This document shows, in pieces, positions 22,673 to 33,105 of a DNA stretch of 33,706 nt. Within the stretch, counting starts at the first letter, position 1. Every line of letters starts with the position of its first letter. The position numbers and the translations under genes are program-made. The notes under the pieces were generated by a model. It was given only the letters and a program-made list of their open reading frames with translations, was not told the DNA's origin and searched no databases. Source of the DNA: Octopus bimaculoides (Eukaryota); contig NC_068990.1 in assembly GCF_001194135.2 (NCBI RefSeq), forward strand, positions 75,742,900 through 75,776,605, given 5' to 3'.

Positions 22673-23005
22673 TTTGTATTCCTCCGGGACACAGTGTAGG
22701 TTAAAATGCACCGGAGTCTTTAGTCATCTGTCATGTCACAACAAAGACCTCAAACAGATAATACTCTCCTTAAGACGTGCGCTGTGCCCAATAAGGTTGC
22801 TTTTGGCAAGACATCAATCTTGCATGGGATTTCCAGTTGCTTTAAGAAGTCTTGAAGTTTCAATGAGATTGAGCCCAACGCTCCGATCACCACTGGTATC
22901 ACTTTTATATTATCCTCTTGTATTCCAAACAGTCTTGCCATTTCCAGTTTCAATTCGGAGTATTTGGTGATTTTTTTCAACATCTTTACTCACAACATTC
23001 ATTTC
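22671..23005 (-). mobile_element. 5'-truncated R4/Dong-clade (REL-endonuclease) non-LTR retrotransposon fragment
   Basis: ORF 22983-22750 KITKYSELKLEMARLFG...KVIPVVIGALGSI...LPKATLLGTAHVLRRVL* matches the C-terminal restriction-like endonuclease tail of R4/Dong elements (K..KY..L..E...V.PVVIGALG...QK..LLGTA.ILR). One extra A in an A-run shifts the upstream NEMNVVSKDVE. An approximately 80-nt 3' UTR is followed by (TAC)n(AAT)n. Confidence 0.85.
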
Positions 23006-23901
23006 ATTTGTCCGTAGTGCGTTAGGCTAATAACGCCGAGGAGTAATAACTTGTTCTGGAGAAATTTCTTGATCTCCGAGATACTCATCCTGTCGAATAA
23101 CATAACTTCAGAGATCTTCAGGAGGATCATTGGTATTCGTGATCGTAGTCTTGCGGTCATCACCCTACATTCATGACCTTAGGTGAGTATAGGCACAAAA
23201 ACCCCATTGAAGATAGCAAGTGGTTAGAGCCGCCAGACGAACGACTGCATTAGATATTCCAGAAGTCTGACGGCATAATATTAGACTTATCACATGTCTC
23301 GTAGCTACACTAACTTCACTACGTATTTGTTAATGTGTTAATCTGAAATTTAACAAATCGATCAGGAACTGGATTCCTTCGAGTTTTAGGCGGTTTTTTT
23401 TCACTGTTGTTTATACACACTCTCACCTAACACGTCTATTACACCTGTAATGGGTAATGATGAATTACCTTATCAGAACAAATACAATTTACAAAGGACT
23501 AAATGTGATTTACTTGTCTGATGATGCTTCGAAAATCAAAAGAAAATTATTATCCTAATTCTTCCCAATGGCAAATTATTCAGCAACATTTGCATCTCGA
23601 CAATGCGAGAGATCATTCCATTTAACATATTCTAGATAACGCTGATCGTTTCGTGAGCTCACGACATTGCATTGTGAAAGTTTCTACTATTTTACAAAGT
23701 TATTCCTCTTTATATAAATTCCTGGTTGTTTTGCATTTGATGCTCATCTCTTCTCTTGCATTTGACTATTATTACGCTAGTAAATACTAGTTTAGTTAGC
23801 GAGTATTTTATCTTGAAGTTTGGTCACAAGTCTCCTTAATTCTCAAGAACCTTTCTTAAAATTTTTGCAAAATCCTAAGAAAGATTATCATTATTATTAT
23901 T

Positions 23902-24086
23902 GAGTGAAAGAAATGCTTAGCGGTGTGTCGTCCGTCTTCACGTTCTCAGTTCATATCACGCCGAGGTCAACTTTGCCTTTCATCTTTTCGAGGTCGATAG
24001 ATTAAGTACCAGTGAAACACTGCGATCGATGTAATCGACTAGTTCCTTCCCCACAAATTTGAGGCCTTGTGCCCGTAGTAGAAAGG

Positions 24087-24142
<56 letters not shown>
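23902..24142 (+). mobile_element. SINE family C copy (5'-truncated) with an (ATT)n tail
   Basis: gaaatgcttagcgg...gccgaggtcaactttgcctttcatc...gatgtaatcgact...ggccttgtgcccgtagtagaaagg, then (ATT)n 24087-24142. Confidence 0.88.
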
Positions 24143-24705
24143 CAAGTGTCCTCAAATACTTTTGCATACAATACGTACACAGACAGACAGAGAGACAGAC
24201 AGACAGACAGACAGAATGACTGACAGACTCACAGATGGACAGACAGAGTCAAGTTCAGCTTTACGTAACGCAATACCATTCATTATAATGCATTTCTGGG
24301 ATTTGGCCTCACCACTGAAAACTGAATCCTCTCAAACCTACAACGATGCGTGCCTTTACGTGGAACCTTGTCTATTAAAAATGACAGTTGGACACCTGTC
24401 CATTCTTGAGCATGTTCTCAAAAAAAAAACCAACTTACATACAGGAAAAAATAACTCCGGATAGTCGTCGATGTAATGCCCTTAGGCAGAGACCTGTTGG
24501 ATGAGCTGGTGTATAGACAACAACTACATGCTAATAATTCTCCACCGTTGTAAATGTATCGTTGGCTATAAACGTAGTAATACGTGATGGATTTCCGTCG
24601 GTTTGAACTATGCATATTTAGTTGCTGTTTTTTTTTTCTTTTTTTTTAAAGGAAGACTATGTCTATACCTTCTTATCATGGCTTCCGAGATTTGTAGGAG
24701 CGAGA

Positions 24706-24778
24706 GAATAAGGCATACGAGAGCTCCGTCACGAATCCCGTACAAAGATTCGGGACGGATTTCTCGAATGACTTATTC
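24706..24778 (-). ncRNA. Candidate pri-miRNA-like hairpin
   Basis: 32-bp ungapped stem (24706-24737 with 24747-24778; 27 Watson-Crick pairs) and a 9-nt loop. On the minus strand UG lies at the basal junction and CTCC (CNNC) starts 6 nt past the stem. No expression evidence. Confidence 0.35.
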
Positions 24779-26007
24779 CAAGAACTAGATCGTTGCGGTA
24801 AACTTGGCAATAAATTATGTCTACTGCTAAGCAGGCCATAGCTGGATCTGAACTGAGAACGTCACGAGTAGTAACAATTGCCATAACATGTATCTGCTCT
24901 GACTTTCTTACATTGTTGTCAGTTCAACGGCTTCGACTGCTTGGTTTTCTTTTCGTAATTAATTAGCTGATTGATTAGTTATTCAATTATGGAATAAGGG
25001 TATGAGCTTTTCGCAACCATATGTACGCTTAATATAACTGTCAAGGGGAATCAGCAGACCACAGTATGACATGTGTTGAGGGCAGTTTAGCCTTAAGTCA
25101 CAGGCATACGGAACAGCTATCTGGAGCCAGTTCAGCTCATAGCACAGACACACTGGTTTGCTACTCGGGAGCTTCACAGACCTAGGTTCCCGATTCTGAT
25201 CTATGTACATTATGGCTTACTGTCACTTTATAATAGTCTTGGGTCCAGTGCATTGATTTGCCTGGGGGTGGAGGCCACAATGCTGCTAAAATGGCCCTAA
25301 AACAAGTACAAAATATCCGATGGATATTTCATCCACACAGTTTTCGTCAACACAGTTTCTTTAGCAAAACCTAATTTGGTTCAGATTTATGGTAATAATA
25401 AATCAACAAAAGGAATAAAAAGCAATAACAAAGCAACTCAAGACACTGCGCAGTGGGTTTGAACCCGGCATCTTGCGAAGCGAACTATTTATCTATTCGG
25501 TCAAATTGCGACCACAAAGTTAGTGTTCGAAGTTTTGTGATTTAAGACAATACATAGATCAGAATCGTGATACTTATATCTGCCTTGATAAGCATTGCAG
25601 GGGTGGTGTTAATTGTATACGAACTGACAACGTTTGGGGTTGTCTAGCACCTGCACCGATGCGGCCACATCCGATCATCTGCCACAACACCAAGCTGAGT
25701 AGCTGCATCGACTAAAACCAATCAAGCTGCAATAGATTTACCATTCGATCTGATCGCTCTGAACTATTCAGGTTTGTGTTTGAATGCCAGACAACAGACT
25801 GACATCACGTGTCTATTGATAGAGTCTCTAAATATAGCCAGCTTCACTGTGTGACTGTCTGCTATTAGTCTGTTCGATAGCTGCCTCGGCACAGACACAC
25901 AGACACCGCAACACTCACGCATCGCACCCACTCACACACACTTGAAGAACATGAAGGAGAAACAACTGGTGACTTGTAATGTATACACACGTACGCACGC
26001 ACGCACG

Positions 26008-26041
<34 letters not shown>

Positions 26042-26584
26042 TTCTCTATCTATCTCTCTCTCTCTCTCTCCCACTCTCTCCGTATCTATTTCTCTATCTC
26101 GCAGGCGTACATATAGATTTACATGCATGATATACACACATACAAACACAAAGTCTCGTATATAAATATATAGACACAGCGCAACGATATATTTCAGTAA
26201 AAAAAAAGAAAAAAAACATATATCTTCCATTTTTCTCTCTCAATATCCCGGTCGTAAGTTCGAACGTTGACTTCAATGTCTATTATCTTATTTGTTCATT
26301 ATCAATCAATCTCTCAGTCATTCGATCAAGCGATCTATCTATCTATCTATCTGTCTGTCTAATTTCTTATCGCTTAAAAGTATAATTCCTTTCATTTATC
26401 TATTCACCAATACCTCACCGAATGTCTCACGTATAGCAGTGTGTATATGTGTGTGTATGTGTGTGTGTGTGTGTGTGTGTGCGTGTGTGTTTGTGTGTGT
26501 GAGTGCGTGTAACTATATGTGTGTGTGAGTGTGTGTGAGCGTGAGCGTGCGTATGTGTGTGTGCGTATGTGTATGTGTGTGTGT

Positions 26585-26653
26585 GTGAGTGCACATGGCG
26601 TAGCCCGGGCTACTAACCCTAAGATTCCGAGTTCGATTCCAGGTAGTGACCTA

Positions 26654-26708
<55 letters not shown>

Positions 26709-26883
26709 CCGAAAAATACCTTAGGAATGAGAACCGAAGTTCGAAATTTCCCCAAGACACCTGATGAAGGCTGGAGGGTATATCAGCCGAAACGTTGTGT
26801 TAACAACAAACAAGATGAGGACAAATATCCGTCAAATGTAAATAATGTAAATAATCTACATAATTCCTCATCTCTTAAATGAT
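26585..26883 (+). mobile_element. SINE-like family D element: tRNA-like head, (AAT)n, hammerhead-bearing 3' region
   Basis: Head with B box GAGTTCGATTCC (26629-26640), (AAT)n at about 26653-26706, then unique sequence containing the hammerhead; runs into a gap at 26884. Confidence 0.75.
26756..26801 (+). ncRNA. Minimal type I hammerhead ribozyme (Penelope-like-element type)
   Basis: Stem I GACAC(26756-60)/GTGTT(26797-801); core CTGATGA(26761-67) plus an extra A; stem II GGCTG(26769-73)/CAGCC(26784-88) with a 10-nt loop; GAAA(26789-92); C-GTT. The predicted cleavage is after U26796 (GUU). Stem III is reduced to the palindrome AACGTT. Confidence 0.8.
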
Positions 26884-27329
26884 NNNNNNNNNNNNNNNNN
26901 NNNNNNNNNNNNNNNNNNNNNNNNNNNNNNNNNNNNNNNNNNNNNNNNNNNNNNNNNNNNNNNNNNNNNNNNNNNNNNNNNNNNNNNNNNNNNNNNNNNN
27001 NNNNNNNNNNNNNNNNNNNNNNNNNNNNNNNNNNNNNNNNNNNNNNNNNNNNNNNNNNNNNNNNNNNNNNNNNNNNNNNNNNNNNNNNNNNNNNNNNNNN
27101 NNNNNNNNNNNNNNNNNNNNNNNNNNNNNNNNNNNNNNNNNNNNNNNNNNNNNNNNNNNNNNNNNNNNNNNNNNNNNNNNNNNNNNNNNNNNNNNNNNNN
27201 NNNNNNNNNNNNNNNNNNNNNNNNNNNNNNNNNNNNNNNNNNNNNNNNNNNNNNNNNNNNNNNNNNNNNNNNNNNNNNNNNNNNNNNNNNNNNNNNNNTG
27301 TAAACATGAATGTGTGTGTGTCTGCGCGC

Positions 27330-27562
27330 GCCTGCAGCTTTGTTTTTGTCCCCCCCCCCCGCTAACCGCTTCACATCCGGTGTTGGTGTGTTTACGTTCC
27401 CGTAACCTAGCGGTTTGGCAAATCAGAACGATGGCGTAAGTAACAGGCTTAATATTTTTTTTCTTTTTTTAAGTACTCGGATCGGTTCATTCGACAAAAA
27501 ATTAATCAAGTCGATACTCCAGCATGGCCGCAGTCTAAAGACACATACAGGTAAAAGATGAG
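27330..27562 (+). mobile_element. SINE family A 3' half (older)
   Basis: tttttgtccccc...ccggtgttggtgtgtttacgttcccgtaacctagcggtttggc...tactccagcatggccgcagtc. Confidence 0.8.
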
Positions 27563-28003
27563 AAACACGTCCTACATGCATCTACGGATACCATAATTTG
27601 GACACGTTGCCCTGAAGTGTAACGGGATGACTCCGGTCTAAAAGGTTACACGCCCTCATCTTCAAGCGATCTCGGAAAGACCCACCAAAAGCCTATATCC
27701 AAGTTACATTCTACCGGCATCACCCATCACCCCTTTTCAAGTTAGCGTCATCAACATGCTCTCCCAAGTTCCCCCAGCGTTGTACTTCATGGTCCTTTTG
27801 TTCATTAGTTTTACAAAGGTTCCGAAAAAGTATGAAGTGGTCGTTCTAAAAAGCCTCGAAGTATGTACGTATGTATGTATGTGTGTATGTATGTACTACA
27901 CAGATATATGCTTGCATGTATGTATATGCATGCCTTTTGGTGTGTGTGTGTGTGTGTGTGCCCGTGTGTGTGTGTATGTCTGTGTGTGTATTTGTGTGTA
28001 CGC

Positions 28004-28048
<45 letters not shown>

Positions 28049-28129
28049 TGTGTGTGTGTGTGTGTATTTATGAACGGATGGATATGTATATGTTTGTGTC
28101 TGTATTCGAATATGGGGTTATCTGCTCGT

Positions 28130-28270
28130 ACCATAGCTCCTCAACCGGTGTTGGTTTATTGATATCACCATAAGTAAACAGTAAGAACTAGAGTTAATCT
28201 GTTCAAATAAACCATTCAATGCAGTACTCTAGCATGACCGTACTCCAATGACAGAAACAACTAAAATACA
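28130..28270 (+). mobile_element. Highly degenerate SINE family A 3' remnant
   Basis: caaccggtgttggtttat...gtactctagcatgaccg...caatgacagaaacaactaaaat. Confidence 0.55.
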
Positions 28271-28291
28271 AAAATATATATATAAATGCAT

Positions 28292-28322
<31 letters not shown>

Positions 28323-28725
28323 CATACATACATGCATACATACATACATACATACATACATACATANNNNNNNNNNNNNNNNNNNNNNNNNNNNNNNNNN
28401 NNNNNNNNNNNNNNNNNNNNNNNNNNNNNNNNNNNNNNNNNNNNNNNNNNNNNNNNNNNNNNNNNNNNNNNNNNNNNNNNNNNNNNNNNNNNNNNNNNNN
28501 NNNNNNNNNNNNNNNNNNNNNNNNNNNNNNNNNNNNNNNNNNNNNNNNNNNNNNNNNNNNNNNNNNNNNNNNNNNNNNNNNNNNNNNNNNNNNNNNNNNN
28601 NNNNNNNNNNNNNNNNNNNNNNNNNNNNNNNNNNNNNNNNNNNNNNNNNNNNNNNNNNNNNNNNNNNNNNNNNNNNNNNNNNNNNNNNNNNNNNNNNNNN
28701 NNNNNNNNNNNNNNNNNNNNNNNNN

Positions 28726-28756
<31 letters not shown>

Positions 28757-29339
28757 CATCCCTACATCATACATATGGATGTGCGTGTGTGCGTGCGTGT
28801 ATGTGTGTATGTATGTATGTATGTAATAATACAAAGAATATATATACATGTATACACACATATATGTACATACTTACATCTACATGTGTATATACATGCA
28901 TATCAGGGTACAGGACGTTAGAACAATAAACTACAGACAACGGAACGAACACATAGGAAAACGGAAAGCCACTTGCAATATCCCTTCATCAATCCGTGTG
29001 TTTCTAACCTACCTGACCATGCTTATCGTGAAATTGTATATCTCTGTCTTCCTGCATTTTAACTTTTACACCTGCACTGGTTTTAGTTAAGGCACCGCAC
29101 CAATATTAAGACTCCCCCAATTAAGGGCTTATTTAACCCTAACGATCTTAATAGATATTTCAGCGTAGTGCCTAAAAATTCAATGTGTTGAACCTGAAAT
29201 TTGTACAAAGCAACACCTGTTTACATAAACGCATAAACGCAGTCACACATATACAAAGCACTTACAGTTTTTATATTACATGTGTGTGTATGTTTGTATG
29301 TTAATAACACCAAGAAGGGGGCGCTTTTTCCACTCACTA

Positions 29340-29452
29340 AAGTGAATGGAGCTTTGGCCGGAAGAAACTAATGTCATCAGACGGTATCCACTCAGTGATA
29401 CCGAACCCGAGACCAAGTGGTCAGGATGCAAACTTTTTACCACACAGCCATA
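29340..29452 (-). mobile_element. SINE family A-like 5' head remnant
   Basis: Reverse complement starts atggctgtgtggtaaaaagtttgcatcctgaccacttggtctcgggttcggtatccactgagtgg. Confidence 0.65.
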
Positions 29453-29519
29453 TATGTACATATGTATATGTGCATGTAAATACATATATATACAGACATA
29501 CATATATATACAGACATAC

Positions 29520-29550
<31 letters not shown>

Positions 29551-29591
29551 CACACACACACCTACATACATACATACATACATACATACAC

Positions 29592-29810
29592 GTGAAGGCA
29601 GGCGAGTGCCGGTGTTGGACTCACGATTGTGAAATAGCGGTTTCCATTCTCAAACTCGCTGCATGTTGTGTTCTTGAGCAAAACACTTCATTTCATGTCG
29701 CCTCAGTCCACTCAGCTATAAATGGGAAAACTTCCGACGGAATCGCATTGTGACCAACGATGTATAACATCCGACGCCCAACTCGATCACGCGATACCGT
29801 GATATATAAA
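29592..29810 (+). mobile_element. SINE family B copy
   Basis: gtgaaggc...gttgtgttcttgagcaaaacacttcatttc...cagtccactcagctataaatggg...ttgtgaccaacgatgtataaca. Confidence 0.75.
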
Positions 29811-30172
29811 TATANNNNNNNNNNNNNNNNNNNNNNNNNNNNNNNNNNNNNNNNNNNNNNNNNNNNNNNNNNNNNNNNNNNNNNNNNNNNNNNNNNNNNN
29901 NNNNNNNNNNNNNNNNNNNNNNNNNNNNNNNNNNNNNNNNNNNNNNNNNNNNNNNNNNNNNNNNNNNNNNNNNNNNNNNNNNNNNNNNNNNNNNNNNNNN
30001 NNNNNNNNNNNNNNNNNNNNNNNNNNNNNNNNNNNNNNNNNNNNNNNNNNNNNNNNNNNNNNNNNNNNNNNNNNNNNNNNNNNNNNNNNNNNNNNNNNNN
30101 NNNNNNNNNNNNNNNNNNNNNNNNNNNNNNNNNNNNNNNNNNNNNNNNNNNNNNNNNNNNNNNNNNNNNNNN

Positions 30173-30345
30173 CTAGGGGTGGATGTTACTGTTGCTTTTA
30201 GCCCCAGGAGGACATCTCCTTCGTGCTGCAGATCGAGGTGAGAGGGATAACTTCCCTTGGCAAACAGGACACAGTCGTGTGTCGATAAGCCAGCTGGAGG
30301 AGATGTCCTCCTGGGGCTAAAAGCAACAGTAACATCCACCCCTAG
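30173..30345. repeat. Perfect 48-bp inverted repeat with a 77-bp spacer (MITE-like or artefact)
   Basis: 30173-30220 is the exact reverse complement of 30298-30345; the left arm abuts an N gap. Confidence 0.9.
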
Positions 30346-31598
30346 GGGTCAGCCACACTTAAGTGGCAATATACTACACTTTATATATATATATATATAT
30401 GTATACATTCAAAAGCACAACTATATAAAAGATTATGCAGTTTAGGATATCCACACACACACACACACACGTATATATATATACTTACAAACACACACTC
30501 ACAAACATGTAGATATATACATACGCACACACCACACACACACACACGCAGAGGCATATATATACATGTAAGAAGATATACACCAGCTATACGCATAAAT
30601 ACTTATCTTCTAATCTACATCTGTCTTTTTCCTTCGGTATTCGTGCTTCTATCCATGTATGCGTGTGTATGCACGTCCACGTCTCTAAGTATGTCTATCT
30701 ACAACGGCACAACGTGTGTGCGTGTTTACTTGTGTGTATATATGCATTTATATATATGTGTGTGTCTTTGCGTATCTATCTATCTATCTATCTATCTATA
30801 TATATATATACATATATACACATACATATATACACACTTACATACACACATGTAAGCATATAAATATATGTATGAATGTGTATGTGTATATAAATATGTC
30901 TAAATGTGTATATATATATATGTGTGTCTGTGTGTATGTATACATACATATATATATATATATGTATATATATATGTGTGTGTATTTATATTTATACACA
31001 CACATATATATATATATACACACACAAACACNNNNNNNNNNNNNNNNNNNNNNNNTATATATATATATATATATATATATGAGTGTGTGTGTGTATGTGT
31101 ATGCATTATAGTATATAAGCTTTTATACGGAGCCATATAGATAGACAGATAGGTATATCTATAAGCATGTATATATAAATATATATATACATGTAAGCAT
31201 ACATGCGTATATATATATGTATATACATACATGTATATATACATTCATATGTATATACATACGTACATATATACATATATATACATATACACATGTATAC
31301 AATCATATAAAGATGTATGCGTCTATATATGTAGATGCAAATACACGCGAACACACACACACATACGTACATTTACACATACATGGATACGTATATGCAT
31401 ATATAACGTACTCGAATACATACATATACACACAGCGGCATGCTTCTATCATGGGAGAGTACATCAGGCTGGAGAGACTCCAATACTTTAACTGGTAATT
31501 ACGTTTTTGACCTTTGTAAAATGAAAACTAAAATGTAACCCTGTGGGATTTGAACGTGCACCTGGATAACAGATTTAGTCATCTCTAGCACCTAATTG

Positions 31599-31640
<42 letters not shown>

Positions 31641-31731
31641 AAGCGTGTGTATATACACATATCTAGATGTACATAGTTTGTGTGTGTGTGTGTGCATATA
31701 CACATATTTAGATGTACTTTCATTATATATA

Positions 31732-31948
31732 TGAGGGGGTGCTGAAAATTTCCTATATTTCAGGATATTGCGAAAGGCCTGTTTGGAGACCCAATATTTC
31801 CAGTTCTTTTACGGGATTTAGAAGAACTGAAGGACCTCTGCAATAAGTATGTGAACATGAGTGGGAAATACGTTGAATAAAATCGTAATTAACTTTCCGT
31901 CCTCTATTTTCGTTTACTCAAAGCCAGGATCTTTTCAGCACCCCATCA
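31732..31948 (+). mobile_element. Mariner-type non-autonomous element (MITE) with TA flanks
   Basis: TIRs tgagggggtgctgaaaa / ttttcagcaccccatca (16/17) flanked by TA. Internal EELKDLCNKYVNMSGKYVE* resembles the mariner transposase C-terminus (L..RW.KC....G.Y.E*). Confidence 0.85.
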
Positions 31949-32725
31949 TATAGTTATACCTACACGTATATGCATATACCTGTATATATATGCGTGTATG
32001 TATGTATGCAAATATATAACGATATATATACATGTACGTGCGTGTGTGTGTTTGCGTGTATGTGAATGTATGTTTGTGATACGGTGGTGTTTTCGTGCTT
32101 CATAGGTTTGTGTGTGTGTATCTGAGCCAGTGTATATAAACATACATTTAGTACATTTATATACCCCAGGGTGGTGACTATGAAGCCAAGGGTACCTGTC
32201 AGTCCTGTGCGTACGTGTTGCACTGTTTTAGGGGCCCTCGGCACACCAGAAATCCAACTACGTCTTTGGATTCGATTGTGCAACGCTTTAGAAAAATAAT
32301 ATTTTCCTCATGTCTCTTATACGTTCGTAATTACACTATATTTAAAGACAACAATGGGAATTATGACAAGTAAAAATTATGAAGCGAAGAAACATCAGCG
32401 TTTAGAAGGCTAGACACGGATATCATGATGTGCGCCCAAATTCTGTGAAAATGAAGAGACGATTTAGAATGCGAGACAGTGGCAAAAAAACCCCAAAAAA
32501 ATAGAGAGTGGCAGAAGAGAAAGAGAGGGAGGTAACTGAGCCAGGCTGACAGATGCGTATATACATTGACTAACGACGCGACAAATTGATTGCACGCTGT
32601 TATATGTAAGTATATAACACATACCTGCATATATACATATACACGAAGCGATACAAACACACAGACACAGGAATGCATACGTAGAGACACATACACACAC
32701 GCAAACGCTCTCGCACGTAAATATG

Positions 32726-32764
<39 letters not shown>

Positions 32765-32785
32765 GCAGATAGACAAATAGACAGG

Positions 32786-32840
<55 letters not shown>
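32786..32840. repeat. (GATA)n microsatellite
   Basis: Direct reading. Confidence 0.97.
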
Positions 32841-32926
32841 GTTAAAAGAGAAAGATCTAGACGTTGGTATTAATAACGCAACTTCTTCAAGACCAGCGTT
32901 CCAATGAAAAATTATTTATACATACA

Positions 32927-32957
<31 letters not shown>

Positions 32958-33003
32958 TTGTGTGTATGTACGGACATACATATATTCATACACAGGTAAT
33001 AAG

Positions 33004-33051
<48 letters not shown>

Positions 33052-33052
33052 T

Positions 33053-33105
<53 letters not shown>

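Noticed and set aside
23010-23190. Plus-strand consensus donor TAG|gtgagt at 23182 and a 53-codon minus ORF
   Set aside because: No convincing matching acceptor or recognisable protein.
23512-23545. CTGATGA-tgcttc-GAAA hammerhead-like string
   Set aside because: Stem II is too short, and there is no valid stem III or cleavage triplet.
23651-23664. Perfect 14-bp palindrome tcgtgagctcacga
   Set aside because: Isolated, with no supporting context; could be chance.
26640-26710. CRISPR-like or prokaryotic features anywhere in the window
   Set aside because: No repeat-spacer arrays or operon-like ORFs; all repeats are eukaryotic SSRs or transposable elements.
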